In this document: piece by piece, positions 48,148 to 59,764 of the stretch
Layout: each line of letters starts with the position of its first letter
How positions within the stretch are numbered: the first letter of the stretch is position 1
Source of the DNA: a candidate division WOR-3 bacterium
Lineage (GTDB): Bacteria; Hydrothermota; Hydrothermia; B15-G9; WFZT01
Direction: 5' to 3'
NCBI GenBank assembly: GCA_027053075.1
Contig: JALUEE010000086.1
Span: forward strand, 36,341-100,340
DNA: 64,000 nt
Made by a program: the position numbers and the translations under genes
Notes under the pieces: model-generated
What the model was told of the DNA's origin: nothing
Seen by the model: only the letters and a program-made list of their open reading frames with translations
Database searches by the model: none

Positions 48148-49047
48148 TCAGTAGTTCCTTTCAACTATAAACCTTATAAGTGAAATGAGGGGAGCACCCG
48201 CTGTCTCTCCAAAAGTATTCTCAACCTCAGAAATGGCCTCACTTGCCAGCCGGCTTGCCTCTTTCTTTGCCTTCTCCAGTCCAAACACGCGAACATAGGT
48301 CTGCTTACCACTCTCACGGTCCTTCCCGACACTCTTGCCAAGTTTACTCTTATCACCAATTTCATCGAGAATATCGTCAACAATCTGAAATGTCAGACCA
48401 ATCTTGTCCCCCACACTGTGAAAAACATCAAGGATATGTTGGGGTGCACCGGCTGCGATACCACCTGACGTAAGTGAGGCCCGGATAAATTTGCCCGTTT
48501 TCCTCGAATGAATATACCTGACTATCTCTTCCGAAGGCTCCTTATTCTCACCGGTTACATCAGCCACCTGACCACCCAACATCCCGTCAAGGCCAATAGC
48601 ATCCGTGATTTCCCTTATTACTCGAACCATCCTATCTGGCGGAATGGTGGAGCGCACCATGGTGTAAAATGCATGACCAAAAAGAGCATCTCCTGCCAGA
48701 ATGGCAATCGCCTCACCGAATACCTTATGGTTAGTAGGTTTCCCTCTCCTGAAATCATCATTGTCCATAGCCGGAAGGTCGTCGTGAATCAGTGAGAATG
48801 TATGAATCATCTCGATCCCACAAGCGATGGGCAGGAGCTCGTCCCTGAGATTTTCCCCACCGGAAAGCTCGTAACCGATGATTGCAAGGAGTGGACGAAG
48901 TCTCTTTCCCCCTGCAAACAATGTATATCGCATAGCATCAATAAGAACTCGCGGACCGGACGAATCAGTGGGAAGATACTCATTCAGTGCTTCATTGACA
49001 ATTTTCTGACGGACTTTCCAGTAATTTTGAAAGTCAAATTCCACCAT
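48148..49047 (-). CDS. ispA: Farnesyl/geranylgeranyl diphosphate synthase
   Basis: GGKRLRP, SLIHDDLPAMDNDDFRRGKPT, FQIVDDILD. Confidence 0.9.
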   Translation of the reverse strand: MVEFDFQNYWKVRQKIVNEALNEYLPTDSSGPRVLIDAMRYTLFAGGKRLRPLLAIIGYELSGGENLRDELLPIACGIEMIHTFSLIHDDLPAMDNDDFRRGKPTNHKVFGEAIAILAGDALFGHAFYTMVRSTIPPDRMVRVIREITDAIGLDGMLGGQVADVTGENKEPSEEIVRYIHSRKTGKFIRASLTSGGIAAGAPQHILDVFHSVGDKIGLTFQIVDDILDEIGDKSKLGKSVGKDRESGKQTYVRVFGLEKAKKEASRLASEAISEVENTFGETAGAPLISLIRFIVERNY

Positions 49048-49048
49048 G

Positions 49049-49684
49049 CTAAAACCTGTAGGTTAATTCAACGGATGCGCCGTAAGGGCTTACCCTTGAA
49101 TTCATACCAATTCCGTGGGAAGAGAGTTTTGTGGACACGAAGGCGTCAATGGCAGAAAAGATATGATTGGCAATTATGACTCCCACCATTACTCCTGCAT
49201 TCTCGAGGTTAGAACGCTCTGTTCTCCTCATCTTGCGGTACCTGAACCACAGCTCAAGCGTGGGGAAGCTCCAGTTTCCATTCACCATGTGCCGGTTAAC
49301 ATACTCCTGCTGTTTCTCAGGGTCCTGTGGATACCTGCTCCTTGCCTGTCTCCATAGGTACTGGATGTACTCGTCCCGGGTTCGACGTCTCTCAATAGCC
49401 TCCCAGTAATCTCCATCCGGATTCTGGGGGTCAGCGCCAGCCTCCATGTATGCGTAGATTTTGTACCTTTGACGGGCAATTTCCGCTGCGTGTAGATAGT
49501 AAAAATTGCCGAAAAATCCAAAAATCTCAGTGGCGACAAATGCGTATCCTTTGACTTTCGAACCATAGAGAATCTGGGAAGAGCCCGGAATTAAAAGAGA
49601 CATGACAGTATTGCGAAGCAAAGGCTTACCCTTAAATGGAACAGACGGCGAAAACCCTATGATCAGGGCGAGGATTAAGCTCAT
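49049..49684 (-). CDS. Hypothetical membrane/exported protein
   Basis: SLLIPGSSQ and NHIFSAIDA segments, terminal Phe; overlaps the gyrA stop. Confidence 0.7.
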   Translation of the reverse strand: MSLILALIIGFSPSVPFKGKPLLRNTVMSLLIPGSSQILYGSKVKGYAFVATEIFGFFGNFYYLHAAEIARQRYKIYAYMEAGADPQNPDGDYWEAIERRRTRDEYIQYLWRQARSRYPQDPEKQQEYVNRHMVNGNWSFPTLELWFRYRKMRRTERSNLENAGVMVGVIIANHIFSAIDAFVSTKLSSHGIGMNSRVSPYGASVELTYRF

Positions 49685-52110
49685 TCTTCCTCCTTTGTCT
49701 TGTGGATTACTGCTGCATCCACGATGATGTCGTCATCCTTTACTCTCATGAGTCTCACGCCCCGTGCATTTCTGCTATAAAAGTTGATAGTTTTGGATTT
49801 CAATCTCAACACGTTACCATTCTGGGTGATGAGTATCACATCATCATTGCCATTTATAGCGCTTACCTTTACGAGTTCTCCGGTCTTTGCATCTACTTTC
49901 GTAAACCTAACACCCTTACCGCCTCTTCTCACCTTCCTGATTGTATCAATCTTGAGCTTCTTGCCATAGCCTCTTCTCGTAACAATCAAAAGATTATCAC
50001 CATTCGCCACTCTGACCAGTGAAATACACTTTGCGCCTTCCTCCACCCGGGTGCCTCTCACTCCCATGGAGCTACGTCCGGTTGGTCGCACATCTGATTC
50101 GTGGAATCTGACTCCAATCCCATTGGTCTTGGCTATAATAATCTCGTCATTACCACTCGTAATGACCGCGCCAATTACTGCATCTTCATCGAGCAGTTTG
50201 ATAGCAATTATCCCGCCCCTTCCTGCATTGGCAAATGCCTTAAGTGGCACTTTTTTCACTATGCCGCGGGAAGTTGCCATAAATACAAACTTGTTATCAT
50301 CAAATTCTCTGAATGGGATGATTTCAATAATTTTCTCTCCATCTTTGAGTCTCAGGAAGGTCTTTATCGGCTTACCCTTTGCCTGAAGACTACCCTCAGG
50401 TATGTGATAAACCTTTGTCAGGTAAGCGCGGCCGAAGTTTGATAGGAGAAGCATGTTGTCGTGGTTTTTCGCCACAGTTACAAGCCAGGGAAAATCATCC
50501 TCATAGGTTGAAATTCCCCTTCTCCCAACGCCGCCTCTTCCCTGTGCAGAGTAAGATTTGATAGGAGTTCTCTTGATGTATCCCTGGTAAGTCAGGGTAA
50601 TCCCCACAGGCTCATCTGGAATGAGGTCCTCGATGGAAATATCCACAGGCTCCTCATCAATAATCTCCGTGCGTCTCTCATCACCAAATTTGCTCTTAAT
50701 ATCGTCGAGTTCCTCTTTGATTACCTCAAAGAGCATCCTCCTCGATGCGAGAATTGCTCTAAATCTTTCAATGTCTTTAAGAAGCTTCTGGTACTCTTCC
50801 TCAATCTTGTTGATATCCATCCTTGTGAGGTTACCGAGTCTCATATCAAGGATAGCCTTTGCCTGTGCCTCGGAGAGTGAGAACTCTTCCATGAGCTTGC
50901 GACGTGCCTCTGCCTGGTCAGCAGAGCCCTTAATAATCTCAATGACCCTGTCAATATTGGCAACTGCGATCTTAAATCCTTCTAAGATGTGAGCCCTTTC
51001 TTCTGCTTTTCTCAGCCTGAATTTTGTCCTTCTCTCAACTACTTCAACCCGGTGGTCAATAAAGGCGTCAATCATCTGCCTTAGTGACATCACACGGGGC
51101 TCACCATCCTTAAGAGCGAGGAGAATAATGCCGAAAGTATCCTGAAGTGGTGTGTGCTTCAGCAATCTGTTTAACACTACTTCCTCGTTGGCTCCTCTTT
51201 TAACCTCGACTACGATTCTGATGCCCTCGCGGTCTGATTCATCCCTTAAATCTGCAATTCCCTCTAATTTTTTCTCTTTAACAAGCTTTGCGATTCTCTC
51301 GATTATCGTGGTTTTTGAAACCTGGTATGGAATCTCAGTAAAAACAATTCGCGTGTTTTTCCCCTTTGGATATTCAAAGTGGTATTTTGATCTGACGAGA
51401 ACCTTGCCGCGCCCGGTGCGATAAGCCTCCCTTATTCCAGAGGTCCCAACAATCGTGCCCCCGGTGGGGAAATCAGGCCCCTTGATATACTGAAAGAGCT
51501 CATCATCGGTGATGCCCGGGTTATCAATAACTGCCTTAATGCCATCTACGAGCTCCACAATATTGTGAGGGGGAATATTTGTTGCCATACCAACGGCGAT
51601 CCCAGATGAACCGTTGGCAAGAAGATTGGGAAACTTCGATGGTAAAACAACGGGCTCAGTGAGACGTCCATCAAAATTAGGCACAAAATCAACTGTTTCC
51701 TCATCGAGGTCAACAAGCATTTCGACAGCAACTTTGGAAAGACGTGCCTCTGTATATCGGTACGCCGCAGGTGGATCACCATCAATTGAGCCAAAGTTAC
51801 CCTGCCCCTCGATGAGCGGATACCTGAGTGAGAAATCCTGCGCCATTCTAACAAGAGTATCATAAACTGGCCCGTCACCGTGGGGATGGTATTTACCTAT
51901 AACTTCACCAACAACAGTTGCAGATTTTCTGAAGGGCCTATTGGGCAGGAGTCCGAGCTCCCGCATAGCGTATAGAACCCTTCTCTGAACTGGCTTCAAT
52001 CCATCTCTCACGTCGGGCAGAGCACGCCCGACGATAACACTCATCGCATAGTCAATGTAAGAAGAACGAATCTCTTCCTCTATAAGTGTCGGTAGAATAT
52101 TCTCTGGCAT
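49681..52110 (-). CDS. gyrA: DNA gyrase subunit A
   Basis: [29 protein letters not shown], GyrA-box QGRGGVG; SD AGGAGG. Confidence 0.97.
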   Translation of the reverse strand: MPENILPTLIEEEIRSSYIDYAMSVIVGRALPDVRDGLKPVQRRVLYAMRELGLLPNRPFRKSATVVGEVIGKYHPHGDGPVYDTLVRMAQDFSLRYPLIEGQGNFGSIDGDPPAAYRYTEARLSKVAVEMLVDLDEETVDFVPNFDGRLTEPVVLPSKFPNLLANGSSGIAVGMATNIPPHNIVELVDGIKAVIDNPGITDDELFQYIKGPDFPTGGTIVGTSGIREAYRTGRGKVLVRSKYHFEYPKGKNTRIVFTEIPYQVSKTTIIERIAKLVKEKKLEGIADLRDESDREGIRIVVEVKRGANEEVVLNRLLKHTPLQDTFGIILLALKDGEPRVMSLRQMIDAFIDHRVEVVERRTKFRLRKAEERAHILEGFKIAVANIDRVIEIIKGSADQAEARRKLMEEFSLSEAQAKAILDMRLGNLTRMDINKIEEEYQKLLKDIERFRAILASRRMLFEVIKEELDDIKSKFGDERRTEIIDEEPVDISIEDLIPDEPVGITLTYQGYIKRTPIKSYSAQGRGGVGRRGISTYEDDFPWLVTVAKNHDNMLLLSNFGRAYLTKVYHIPEGSLQAKGKPIKTFLRLKDGEKIIEIIPFREFDDNKFVFMATSRGIVKKVPLKAFANAGRGGIIAIKLLDEDAVIGAVITSGNDEIIIAKTNGIGVRFHESDVRPTGRSSMGVRGTRVEEGAKCISLVRVANGDNLLIVTRRGYGKKLKIDTIRKVRRGGKGVRFTKVDAKTGELVKVSAINGNDDVILITQNGNVLRLKSKTINFYSRNARGVRLMRVKDDDIIVDAAVIHKTKEEE

Positions 52111-52242
52111 ATCTCTCCTCCTAAGATGCCTATTATAAACCAAAACAAGCCCGATTTGAAGTATTGAGGCCTGCTCTCTTCACAAATATTTAGCGAGCTC
52201 CGATGTATATCTTTCATATTTCGAATCATAATTTAATGAAAG

Positions 52243-53259
52243 TTATTTTGCGAAAGGCTCAGCAAGGATAAGCAATATGCTCTCAAGGTTTAAAAAGCGT
52301 GAAAGATACCTCTCTGCTTCGTACCCCGTGGCAATTAATTTTTCAATCTTTCTGTATGAAAGTCTCTTTGAGGTTGCTTTGATGAGCGTCTTGAGATCAA
52401 CATTTGCAACCAGATTCTCGGAGCCAGAATGTGCAAGCAGAAGGTCACGCGTAAGTGTTAGATATATTTTTATAAAATCCTGGGCGTTCTCACGAGTTAT
52501 GATCCGGGGCTTTATCACATCCAAAAACTTGTAGGGGTCATTTTCTGAAAGTGCATTCAAAATATCAATCCGAATTGGAAGGAAATCTGTCTCGAGAAGT
52601 TTTTTTGCGCGTCCTATACTTCCATCTGAGAGTCGGTAAAGAAGTGTAATCGGGTAGGTTGTGCTGAAGGGATAGTCTTTGAACTCTTCAAACCTCAGAG
52701 AAGAAAATTTAATGAGTCTGCTACGTGAGCGGATTGTTGGCAGGATTTTCCCGATATTGGATGAAACCATGATAAAGACTGTGTTGTCCGGTGGCTCCTC
52801 AAGTGTTTTAAGGAGTGAATTCTGAGCTTCGATGGTGAGGTTTTCACCGTAAAGGAAAATCACAAACCGTTTTTTTGCCATAAATGGTGCCTTTGTCAGC
52901 TCGTCCTGGAGCTCACGAATCTGGTCAATGGTAATATTCTTTGTGGGGTCAAACTCCAGAGGCTTCAATCTTCCCTGTTCGATGGCAAGCTCACGCAGAT
53001 TTGATGGTTTTGACGGGTAGAGTATTATAAGGTCCGGGTGTATTAGCTTATCCATCTTTTTGCATGTGGGGCACTCTCCACACGGTCTTACATCGGATTC
53101 GCAGTTGTATGCCTTGGCAACTTCAAGGGCAAAGCTGGATTTTCCCACTCCCTCAGGTCCGTAAAAGAGGTATGCCGGGGCAAGGTTATCTTCCTCTATA
53201 ACCCTGGAGAAGTAGCTTTTTATCCTCTCGTGTCCTAAAACTCTATCAAATTTCACCAT
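52243..53259 (-). CDS. holB: DNA polymerase III subunit delta'
   Basis: GPEGVGK, PCGECPTC, HPD, NSLLKTLEEPP, PTIRSR. Confidence 0.9.
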   Translation of the reverse strand: MVKFDRVLGHERIKSYFSRVIEEDNLAPAYLFYGPEGVGKSSFALEVAKAYNCESDVRPCGECPTCKKMDKLIHPDLIILYPSKPSNLRELAIEQGRLKPLEFDPTKNITIDQIRELQDELTKAPFMAKKRFVIFLYGENLTIEAQNSLLKTLEEPPDNTVFIMVSSNIGKILPTIRSRSRLIKFSSLRFEEFKDYPFSTTYPITLLYRLSDGSIGRAKKLLETDFLPIRIDILNALSENDPYKFLDVIKPRIITRENAQDFIKIYLTLTRDLLLAHSGSENLVANVDLKTLIKATSKRLSYRKIEKLIATGYEAERYLSRFLNLESILLILAEPFAK

Positions 53260-53905
53260 AGCTTAAAGCCTCTGCGCGAAGGGTCGCCTTCTTTAAAAGA
53301 TTACCCAGCTTCTCTGCTGTATCCCCCCTCTTAACGTAGTACGGAGGCGATGAATATACAACACACCGGGAGAATGGTAAAGGAATCTCAAAACGGTCCC
53401 AGGTATTGAGAACCAATTTCTTTGCGTATCCCACTCCAACAAAGATAATGGGAACACCGGTGATTTTCGATAAAAACATTGCCCCTTCCTTAAACTGCCA
53501 TCTCGGCCCTGTGGGCCCATCTGGTGTAATAGCAATCTGGTTGCCATTTTTAAGCAATCTTGAAAGCTCCTTAAGGGCGCGGATTGAGCCCCTTGATGAG
53601 GAACCTCTCACAAAATTGTAGCCAAAACTTTTTACCACTCTTGCAATCTTTTCTCCGTCCCGGTGCCGAGAGACCAGAACGTGAATGCCTCTTTTTCGCA
53701 TCAGTCTTATGAGTCCAAACATTTTGTTGTGCCAGAAAACGTAAATCACGGGCTCATCATAGAAGATTTTCCCCACCACTCTACAGGAGACTGTGGGAGA
53801 CCATAGATGAAAAATAGCTTTGATGATACCTGCTTCAACGAGGTCACTGAACCGTAATGTAGTCTTTGATGCGCTTGAATTTGCTCTCACCAATACCTTT
53901 GACAT
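53246..53905 (-). CDS. DUF374 / lysophospholipid acyltransferase family protein (start uncertain)
   Basis: FWH, SRHRDGE, VRGSSSRG, ITPDGPTGP, WDRFEIPLPF. Confidence 0.85.
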   Translation of the reverse strand: MSKVLVRANSSASKTTLRFSDLVEAGIIKAIFHLWSPTVSCRVVGKIFYDEPVIYVFWHNKMFGLIRLMRKRGIHVLVSRHRDGEKIARVVKSFGYNFVRGSSSRGSIRALKELSRLLKNGNQIAITPDGPTGPRWQFKEGAMFLSKITGVPIIFVGVGYAKKLVLNTWDRFEIPLPFSRCVVYSSPPYYVKRGDTAEKLGNLLKKATLRAEALSYGEI

Positions 53906-54176
53906 GCCTGATTTCCTCGATACTTCTGAATTTCCCGTGTTCTTTTCTGTATTCAACGATGTTTTTTGCTGTGCGAGGACCAACTCCGGGTATTTCCAGA
54001 AGCTCGTCTATCCCCGCTTCATTTATATTAACTCTTGCCCTTTTCTTCACAGACTCTCGGTGCCTCACGTGGGCAAGTTTTAAAGATAGGCCGAGAACAA
54101 GCGAAATGACCAGAAAGACAAGGATACTTTTTTCAAAACTTGTAAGATTCTCAGAAATTGAACGTAGCGCTCGCAT
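53844..54176 (-). CDS. ComEA-like helix-hairpin-helix DNA-binding protein with N-terminal anchor
   Basis: VNINEA..ELLEIPGVGPRTAKNIVEYR..HGKF...VKGIG. Confidence 0.9.
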   Translation of the reverse strand: MRALRSISENLTSFEKSILVFLVISLVLGLSLKLAHVRHRESVKKRARVNINEAGIDELLEIPGVGPRTAKNIVEYRKEHGKFRSIEEIRHVKGIGESKFKRIKDYITVQ

Positions 54177-57100
54177 TCACAGAAATATTGTGGTTTGTCC
54201 GGCCCGTAAGCTTGTCACCGGTTGACTGGTAGTAAATCTGCAGGGAGCCGAGAATATTCCTTGCAAAGTTGTAGCTTCCGGTGAGCGAGAAGCTCTTATT
54301 GAAAGTGTTACTTATCACTGTGGAACGTTTTTGCAGAGTATGGTTGTACTGAATGTTCATCGTTAGTGTTACCTGGCTCTTTATCCGTATGACACGGTTG
54401 CCCCAAAGCTTAATGGAATAACCTCCGGGTCTCGAAAAAGTGTAAGATGAGTTCATGTTGAACGATGTATTCTGGCTGCTCAGAGGCGTGGATAGAACGT
54501 CAAAGTAATCGGTGTTGGTGGTATTTCTCGTGTAAGTGATCGTGGTAGTAAGCCCATTTCTCAGGGTGAAATTGATGGTAGGAGATATACTTAGCTGCCT
54601 GTCCTCTTGAGTGAGCTTATGTGTCATTAAATTTCCGGACCTTGTGAAACTTCGGTCTATACTTGTACTGATGGAGAGTGAAGAAATCTTGTTTGTCAGG
54701 CCGCCTATCAGTTTTGATAGGGTCGAGAGCTGTATTTCGAGGTGTGGTAGAGTGTAAGATTTTGTGAAATTGGCGTTTGCGTACTGGTAAGTCTCGGTAT
54801 AGCCATAACTTGTGGAATAGTTTAAAGACACGAATGGAAACGTCAGTCCACCGCCCAGCGAATAAGATTCCCTGTTTGTGGCGTTATCCCTTGTGGTATC
54901 ATAGGCTGGTATATGGAAGTTCTTCTTGAATCCCAGCCTGTAAACAGCTTCAGGACGGGCGAAGAGATAATTCTTCGAGTTGTTCTCGGTTCTCTTATAT
55001 GAAAACTGTGGCGATGAAACATAAGTAGAAATTTTGTCGAGTATGTAGAGGAGATAGTGGACAGGCCCTGCCTTCTCAAGATCTTTGTCCTTTGATTTAT
55101 CCCTCAGGTTAGCAATTTTTCTCAAAATTTCACTGATTGGGACAGGTGTACTGGCATCGAATTCATTGCTGAGTTGTGCATTTCTTACATCTGGCACACC
55201 CTCTACCTGTATGTCTTTGCTGTGGTCTTCTCGGTAAGATGCAGAGTAGCTGAGCTGAGGCCTCAATAAATTAAACAGATTCAAATTGTAGGAAATTCTC
55301 TGACTCTCGTCAAAACTTGTCTCTGTACCATACCATTTGACCGGATTCCAGTCGGGGTCGAATGCTATGTTACGGCCATATGAAAAAGAAAGATTCTTTA
55401 TCGGTGAATAAGAGGTACTCGTTGATAGAGTATATGCCCTTGTTTGATTCTTCGTTAAAATCATAGACGTTAGATTGAATTTTTTCTGGTAGTTTTTGCT
55501 GTAACCACCGTTGATTTGAATATTGCTCGGCAGGAAATTGAATGCAACTCCAAGAAGCTTAAAGCCATGAGACCCGGGGAAATTCAGCGTATATCTTCCC
55601 GTGAAGGTGATGGTGTTTGTTGTATCAATATTCAGGGGTGATCTCCCAGAGGTTATTATCTGATTGAATCTGAGGTTTAATGGGTCTATCAAATATTTAA
55701 AGAGGAAGAATCTCGAGCCGGTTTTTGAGAATGATGCAGTGAAATTTTTCCTGAAACTCAGACTCTGCTCGCGTTTCTTCTGCTCGGGGGACAGCAGAAT
55801 ATCAGTATTGGTTTCATACTTCGGCAGACTTCGATTCCAGGTGTAATTAAACGTAATGGGTAAATTGAATCCCCATTGCCGTGGCATTAGTTTGTCCAGA
55901 CCAGTACTGACCACGAGTCCAAAGGCCTCTGTTTGCCCACGAACACGCCGAGTGTCCATTAACTTCATAAAGTTATCCTCTTCCTTTGAGTAGGAAAGGT
56001 TGATAGAAGTAATGTTGGCGAGGTTTAGCTTCAGGCTTGTGGACATGGCGGAGCCTCTTTTCCTTATAGGGTCATTCAGCGTAATATCGTCCACCCAGAC
56101 AACACCTGTCATTCTCGCAGCACTGGAATCAGGATTTCTAACTCCAAGCATATACACCTTAATTCGACCGAAAGAAGGATTCCCACGGATACCGTAATGG
56201 CCCTCACGGATGTATGTGGTATCGCTGAGGTGCTGCCTCAAGAATCTGAGCTTGAACTGTGTCAGGCTGTCTATGGGGATAACCACGTAATGCCAGTTGT
56301 GGTCGTTCAACTGTATATTGTATTCGTAGAAATTCAGGGTATCACCGAATCTTATAAAAACTTCGGGGTATGGTGGATTTACTCCGGGTTTCAATCTCAC
56401 CGAGAAGGCGATTTTTTTGTATGTCAGGAAATCCTCTTCCTGGAAAAGAATTCTTCGGGCAAGGCCGTAGTGATCAGGAGCGAGATTCTCGTACTCCATG
56501 GAAAGAGAGCTTTCCTTCAGCTCCCTGCCCCTTTCATCCTTCTCAATTTCCACCCAGGGTGGGGGAGTGTAAATAGGGCTGGTTTTGTTATCTACGGTTG
56601 AAATTTTAAAGGACTCTGTGGAGTCCACAGGTGAAAGTGTGTCCGATGACAGCACTCCTCTGTTTTCCCATTTTGTTCCCACCACAGAAATTGAGGCGAT
56701 CATAACTGTGTCTGTCCGTGTTATTCCATCAAGCCATATCCTCGCATACTTAATGAGTCGCCAGCTTGGATCACCGATAGTCTGATAAACACCGGTTTCC
56801 CTAAGTGGAATCAGGTAGTGTTTCCATCCGTTGTATTCGTAGCCATAGCGGTTAAGAAAAGCCGTATCACTCAGGTCTATTGTATATTCAAAATAGTCGT
56901 TTGCTGTGTTTAATACTCCGTCTCTATCGAGGTCCTCAGAGTCCCTTCGACCGTTACCCTCGGTTCCATCAATTTTAGAGTAATCATGAGGGTTGGATGG
57001 ATTGTAGGAGTAATCGTCGTTTCCATCGTCACTTGATCCGGAGTTCCAGTTGCTATCTTTTCCGCGAACCATGTCGAGGCCCACGTCCTCGGAATCTGCT

Positions 57101-59688
57101 TCAAAAATCCCGTCGTGGTTCAAATCCTCGTCTGCTATCGTGTCAGGAGAATAGCTCTTTATCCTCCCGGCACGGTCCCTCCAGATGGAATTTTCAGATA
57201 TATTTTTGCCAAAGTCTATGTGAAGTTTGAGGCTATCCCCTTTTACGACAACTTCGAGATATTCCTTTTTCTCATAATCTTCACCGTCTCTCGAAAGTAA
57301 GGTATTTAGACTTGCCCATGCAGAGTCCGGATGGGCACGGGTAATTTGAGGGATGATCATCAAAACAGGTAAGTACTCATCCCGGGTCTCATCATTGATA
57401 TTTGGGTAAACATCGCCTTTTTTCACCATGTCAACCGGTGTTGCCCAGATCAGGCCATCGGCTAGGTCTGCCGTGTCGGCACTGGCAAAGCCCCCTGTCT
57501 GGTCAGGATACATGGGAATGCTTCCGTAAATCCAGAAAAACCTGTTAATTGGAAAGTCAGCCGCATCCTTTATACCCTCCATATCGTCGAGATAAGCCTT
57601 GCCAAGTGTGTTGGGATTCGGGAATGAAGTAGCCACCTCCCCGTTCCATTCAATATGAGAGGGAGATTCAACATTTATGAGAGGCAGTTTGTTCAAAAGT
57701 TTTGAGAGGAACATAAAGTCGAAGTTCATTTTGAAATCAAGACCACCGAGGAAGTTCCTCAAAGGTTCCTCCCCAAGCCTTGGTTTCCTCTCCTGGGTGG
57801 CCTCACTCCTTCCAAGCCATGTGGAGCCGATCTTCAGGTGTGGTCCAAAATCATACTCAAACCTTGCTCCCCAGAGTGACCTCTGTTTTACTGAAAACAA
57901 TGGAGCAGTCTCGTAGGTAATCTCGACGTCGGCCCCGGGAGTCAAAACGGACGTGTTTGTTATGGTAAGTATTCCAAAATCATAGTCAATGGTATAATCT
58001 CTGCCCCTCTGGAGCCTTTGACCATTTACGATAACGACCTCACTACCTTCCAGTACGTTCAAACCGAGATTGTAAACTTTGGATGCGCGCGCAGTTTTTA
58101 TAACGAGTACGTATTTTTTACCTGCATCGGCCGGGGGCCTCGGATTCCAGTAAAAAGAGGAATCTGGACTTTCGAGCACCGTGTCAGCAAAGGGGAGAGG
58201 ATTGGGGAAGGCAAGAATTCCGTTTTCTTCGTCCAGAATAACGAATCCTCGATTTGTGGTTCTATCAACCTTCCCATCACCGTTTGCATCGAGCCCAAGA
58301 ATCTGAAGGTACGTTTTGTTGTTTTCCCCGGATCTTAAAATTCCTGATGAATCTCTGTAAATTGTCAGGTCCAGCTGATCCGCTGATATGTTTAATTGCC
58401 CAAGATTGTAGTAGTTCTTGAGGTCGTAGTTCCATATCTCGAGATATGCTGAATCCTGGTGAGTTACAGGATGAGGATTGAGAGAATCTCCGGGGAAGTA
58501 AATGGTCGGTGGCTTGAGAATTTTTAAGACTATCCTCGCGGTATCCTGCAGATTGCCCACTGTATGGCCTGAAGGTGTCTGGTAGGCGATACCGAGCTTT
58601 TCCCCGTCTTCAAGGGGTGTTTTCAAAACAAGCAGTCTCGTCGCAGGGTTGTAACTAAAATCCTGCCCACTGTGGAGCTCAAAAAATTTACCACTAACAC
58701 TGTCAATGGAAAGATCAGGATTGTATGAACCTGTTGGGTAGTAGTACATGACCCCGTTAATAGCCCCCTGCTGGGCATCATTTGTGGGATCATTGTCATC
58801 GAGGAAAACTCTCAAATTTGTTATTCCTTCAGGGTCGTAAACGTAGAAAAACTTGTGTTTGATATAGTTGATTGCGTAAATAGCCGTGGATTCCACTGCG
58901 GCACTGGAGCGAAAGGTCCTCGTCTGGGATTCTCCCTGCTCCCGGGTTGCAACAAAAGTTGCAGAGAGCCCGCCAAGCTGGAACACAGTTTTAATACCAA
59001 AGAGCCCTTTCTTGACGCCTCCAGGGAAGTTGACAAGCTGAGAACCGCTCATACTTAGTTTTGTATCTCCAGCCTCAATCAACTTCACCACGTCGTCGTC
59101 ATCACCCTCGAATTTCAAAACGACTTTATTTTTAAGCTTATTTTCGCGTCTTGAGTCGTGGTCAATCTCAACCTTTATTTTCTGGCCTATGGTACCTTTC
59201 AGTCGAACATTGAGCTCCTGATTCATGGTAAGCTGTGGAAAATGAGAAACGTGGGCCATCTCGGTCTGACGGACGCCTGTTGTATAATTGCTTGTCCCGC
59301 CGAGGGTTATTTTCTGGGTCCCTTCGATCTGCAATTTCCCACCCTCGCCGATAAAACTCAGTCCACGAGGAAATTTTATCGGAATATCAATGTCCGGAAT
59401 CAAACCTGCTCCACCGGTCTGCGAAGCACCAGCGTACGAAGATTTTATGGTAGAATAAATAGGGCCAAGTAAAGCCTGATTTAGCCGCTCCTCGAGATAG
59501 CTGGAGAGTGGTGAAATCATGAGTCCGCCGTAAGGACTTCTACCCAGCACTTTCGTCTCGTATACAAATCCTGTTGTGGGGTCAAAATAAGTCGAATCCC
59601 TCAATCCAGAGCTCTGAAGTAGAGCATCATAGAGGGACTCTGCCTGTAAGGCTGAAAAGAGAAACAAAAATATGAGAAACTTCTTCAA
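54151..59688 (-). CDS. sprA: SprA-like type IX secretion outer-membrane translocon
   Basis: ~1845 aa, signal peptide, GKLQIEG..., FEGDDDDVVKLIEAG, GLFGIK, YTIDYDFG, long beta-strand C-terminus ending ATFNF; SD GGAGGTGA before TTG 59688. Confidence 0.85.
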   Translation of the reverse strand: MKKFLIFLFLFSALQAESLYDALLQSSGLRDSTYFDPTTGFVYETKVLGRSPYGGLMISPLSSYLEERLNQALLGPIYSTIKSSYAGASQTGGAGLIPDIDIPIKFPRGLSFIGEGGKLQIEGTQKITLGGTSNYTTGVRQTEMAHVSHFPQLTMNQELNVRLKGTIGQKIKVEIDHDSRRENKLKNKVVLKFEGDDDDVVKLIEAGDTKLSMSGSQLVNFPGGVKKGLFGIKTVFQLGGLSATFVATREQGESQTRTFRSSAAVESTAIYAINYIKHKFFYVYDPEGITNLRVFLDDNDPTNDAQQGAINGVMYYYPTGSYNPDLSIDSVSGKFFELHSGQDFSYNPATRLLVLKTPLEDGEKLGIAYQTPSGHTVGNLQDTARIVLKILKPPTIYFPGDSLNPHPVTHQDSAYLEIWNYDLKNYYNLGQLNISADQLDLTIYRDSSGILRSGENNKTYLQILGLDANGDGKVDRTTNRGFVILDEENGILAFPNPLPFADTVLESPDSSFYWNPRPPADAGKKYVLVIKTARASKVYNLGLNVLEGSEVVIVNGQRLQRGRDYTIDYDFGILTITNTSVLTPGADVEITYETAPLFSVKQRSLWGARFEYDFGPHLKIGSTWLGRSEATQERKPRLGEEPLRNFLGGLDFKMNFDFMFLSKLLNKLPLINVESPSHIEWNGEVATSFPNPNTLGKAYLDDMEGIKDAADFPINRFFWIYGSIPMYPDQTGGFASADTADLADGLIWATPVDMVKKGDVYPNINDETRDEYLPVLMIIPQITRAHPDSAWASLNTLLSRDGEDYEKKEYLEVVVKGDSLKLHIDFGKNISENSIWRDRAGRIKSYSPDTIADEDLNHDGIFEADSEDVGLDMVRGKDSNWNSGSSDDGNDDYSYNPSNPHDYSKIDGTEGNGRRDSEDLDRDGVLNTANDYFEYTIDLSDTAFLNRYGYEYNGWKHYLIPLRETGVYQTIGDPSWRLIKYARIWLDGITRTDTVMIASISVVGTKWENRGVLSSDTLSPVDSTESFKISTVDNKTSPIYTPPPWVEIEKDERGRELKESSLSMEYENLAPDHYGLARRILFQEEDFLTYKKIAFSVRLKPGVNPPYPEVFIRFGDTLNFYEYNIQLNDHNWHYVVIPIDSLTQFKLRFLRQHLSDTTYIREGHYGIRGNPSFGRIKVYMLGVRNPDSSAARMTGVVWVDDITLNDPIRKRGSAMSTSLKLNLANITSINLSYSKEEDNFMKLMDTRRVRGQTEAFGLVVSTGLDKLMPRQWGFNLPITFNYTWNRSLPKYETNTDILLSPEQKKREQSLSFRKNFTASFSKTGSRFFLFKYLIDPLNLRFNQIITSGRSPLNIDTTNTITFTGRYTLNFPGSHGFKLLGVAFNFLPSNIQINGGYSKNYQKKFNLTSMILTKNQTRAYTLSTSTSYSPIKNLSFSYGRNIAFDPDWNPVKWYGTETSFDESQRISYNLNLFNLLRPQLSYSASYREDHSKDIQVEGVPDVRNAQLSNEFDASTPVPISEILRKIANLRDKSKDKDLEKAGPVHYLLYILDKISTYVSSPQFSYKRTENNSKNYLFARPEAVYRLGFKKNFHIPAYDTTRDNATNRESYSLGGGLTFPFVSLNYSTSYGYTETYQYANANFTKSYTLPHLEIQLSTLSKLIGGLTNKISSLSISTSIDRSFTRSGNLMTHKLTQEDRQLSISPTINFTLRNGLTTTITYTRNTTNTDYFDVLSTPLSSQNTSFNMNSSYTFSRPGGYSIKLWGNRVIRIKSQVTLTMNIQYNHTLQKRSTVISNTFNKSFSLTGSYNFARNILGSLQIYYQSTGDKLTGRTNHNISVNASATFNF

Positions 59689-59764
59689 TGGGGTTAATTC
59701 ACCTCCGCGAAGTGCATTTCTTAAATTATACATTAACCCCAAACTTTTTCGATAGGCACCTCAC

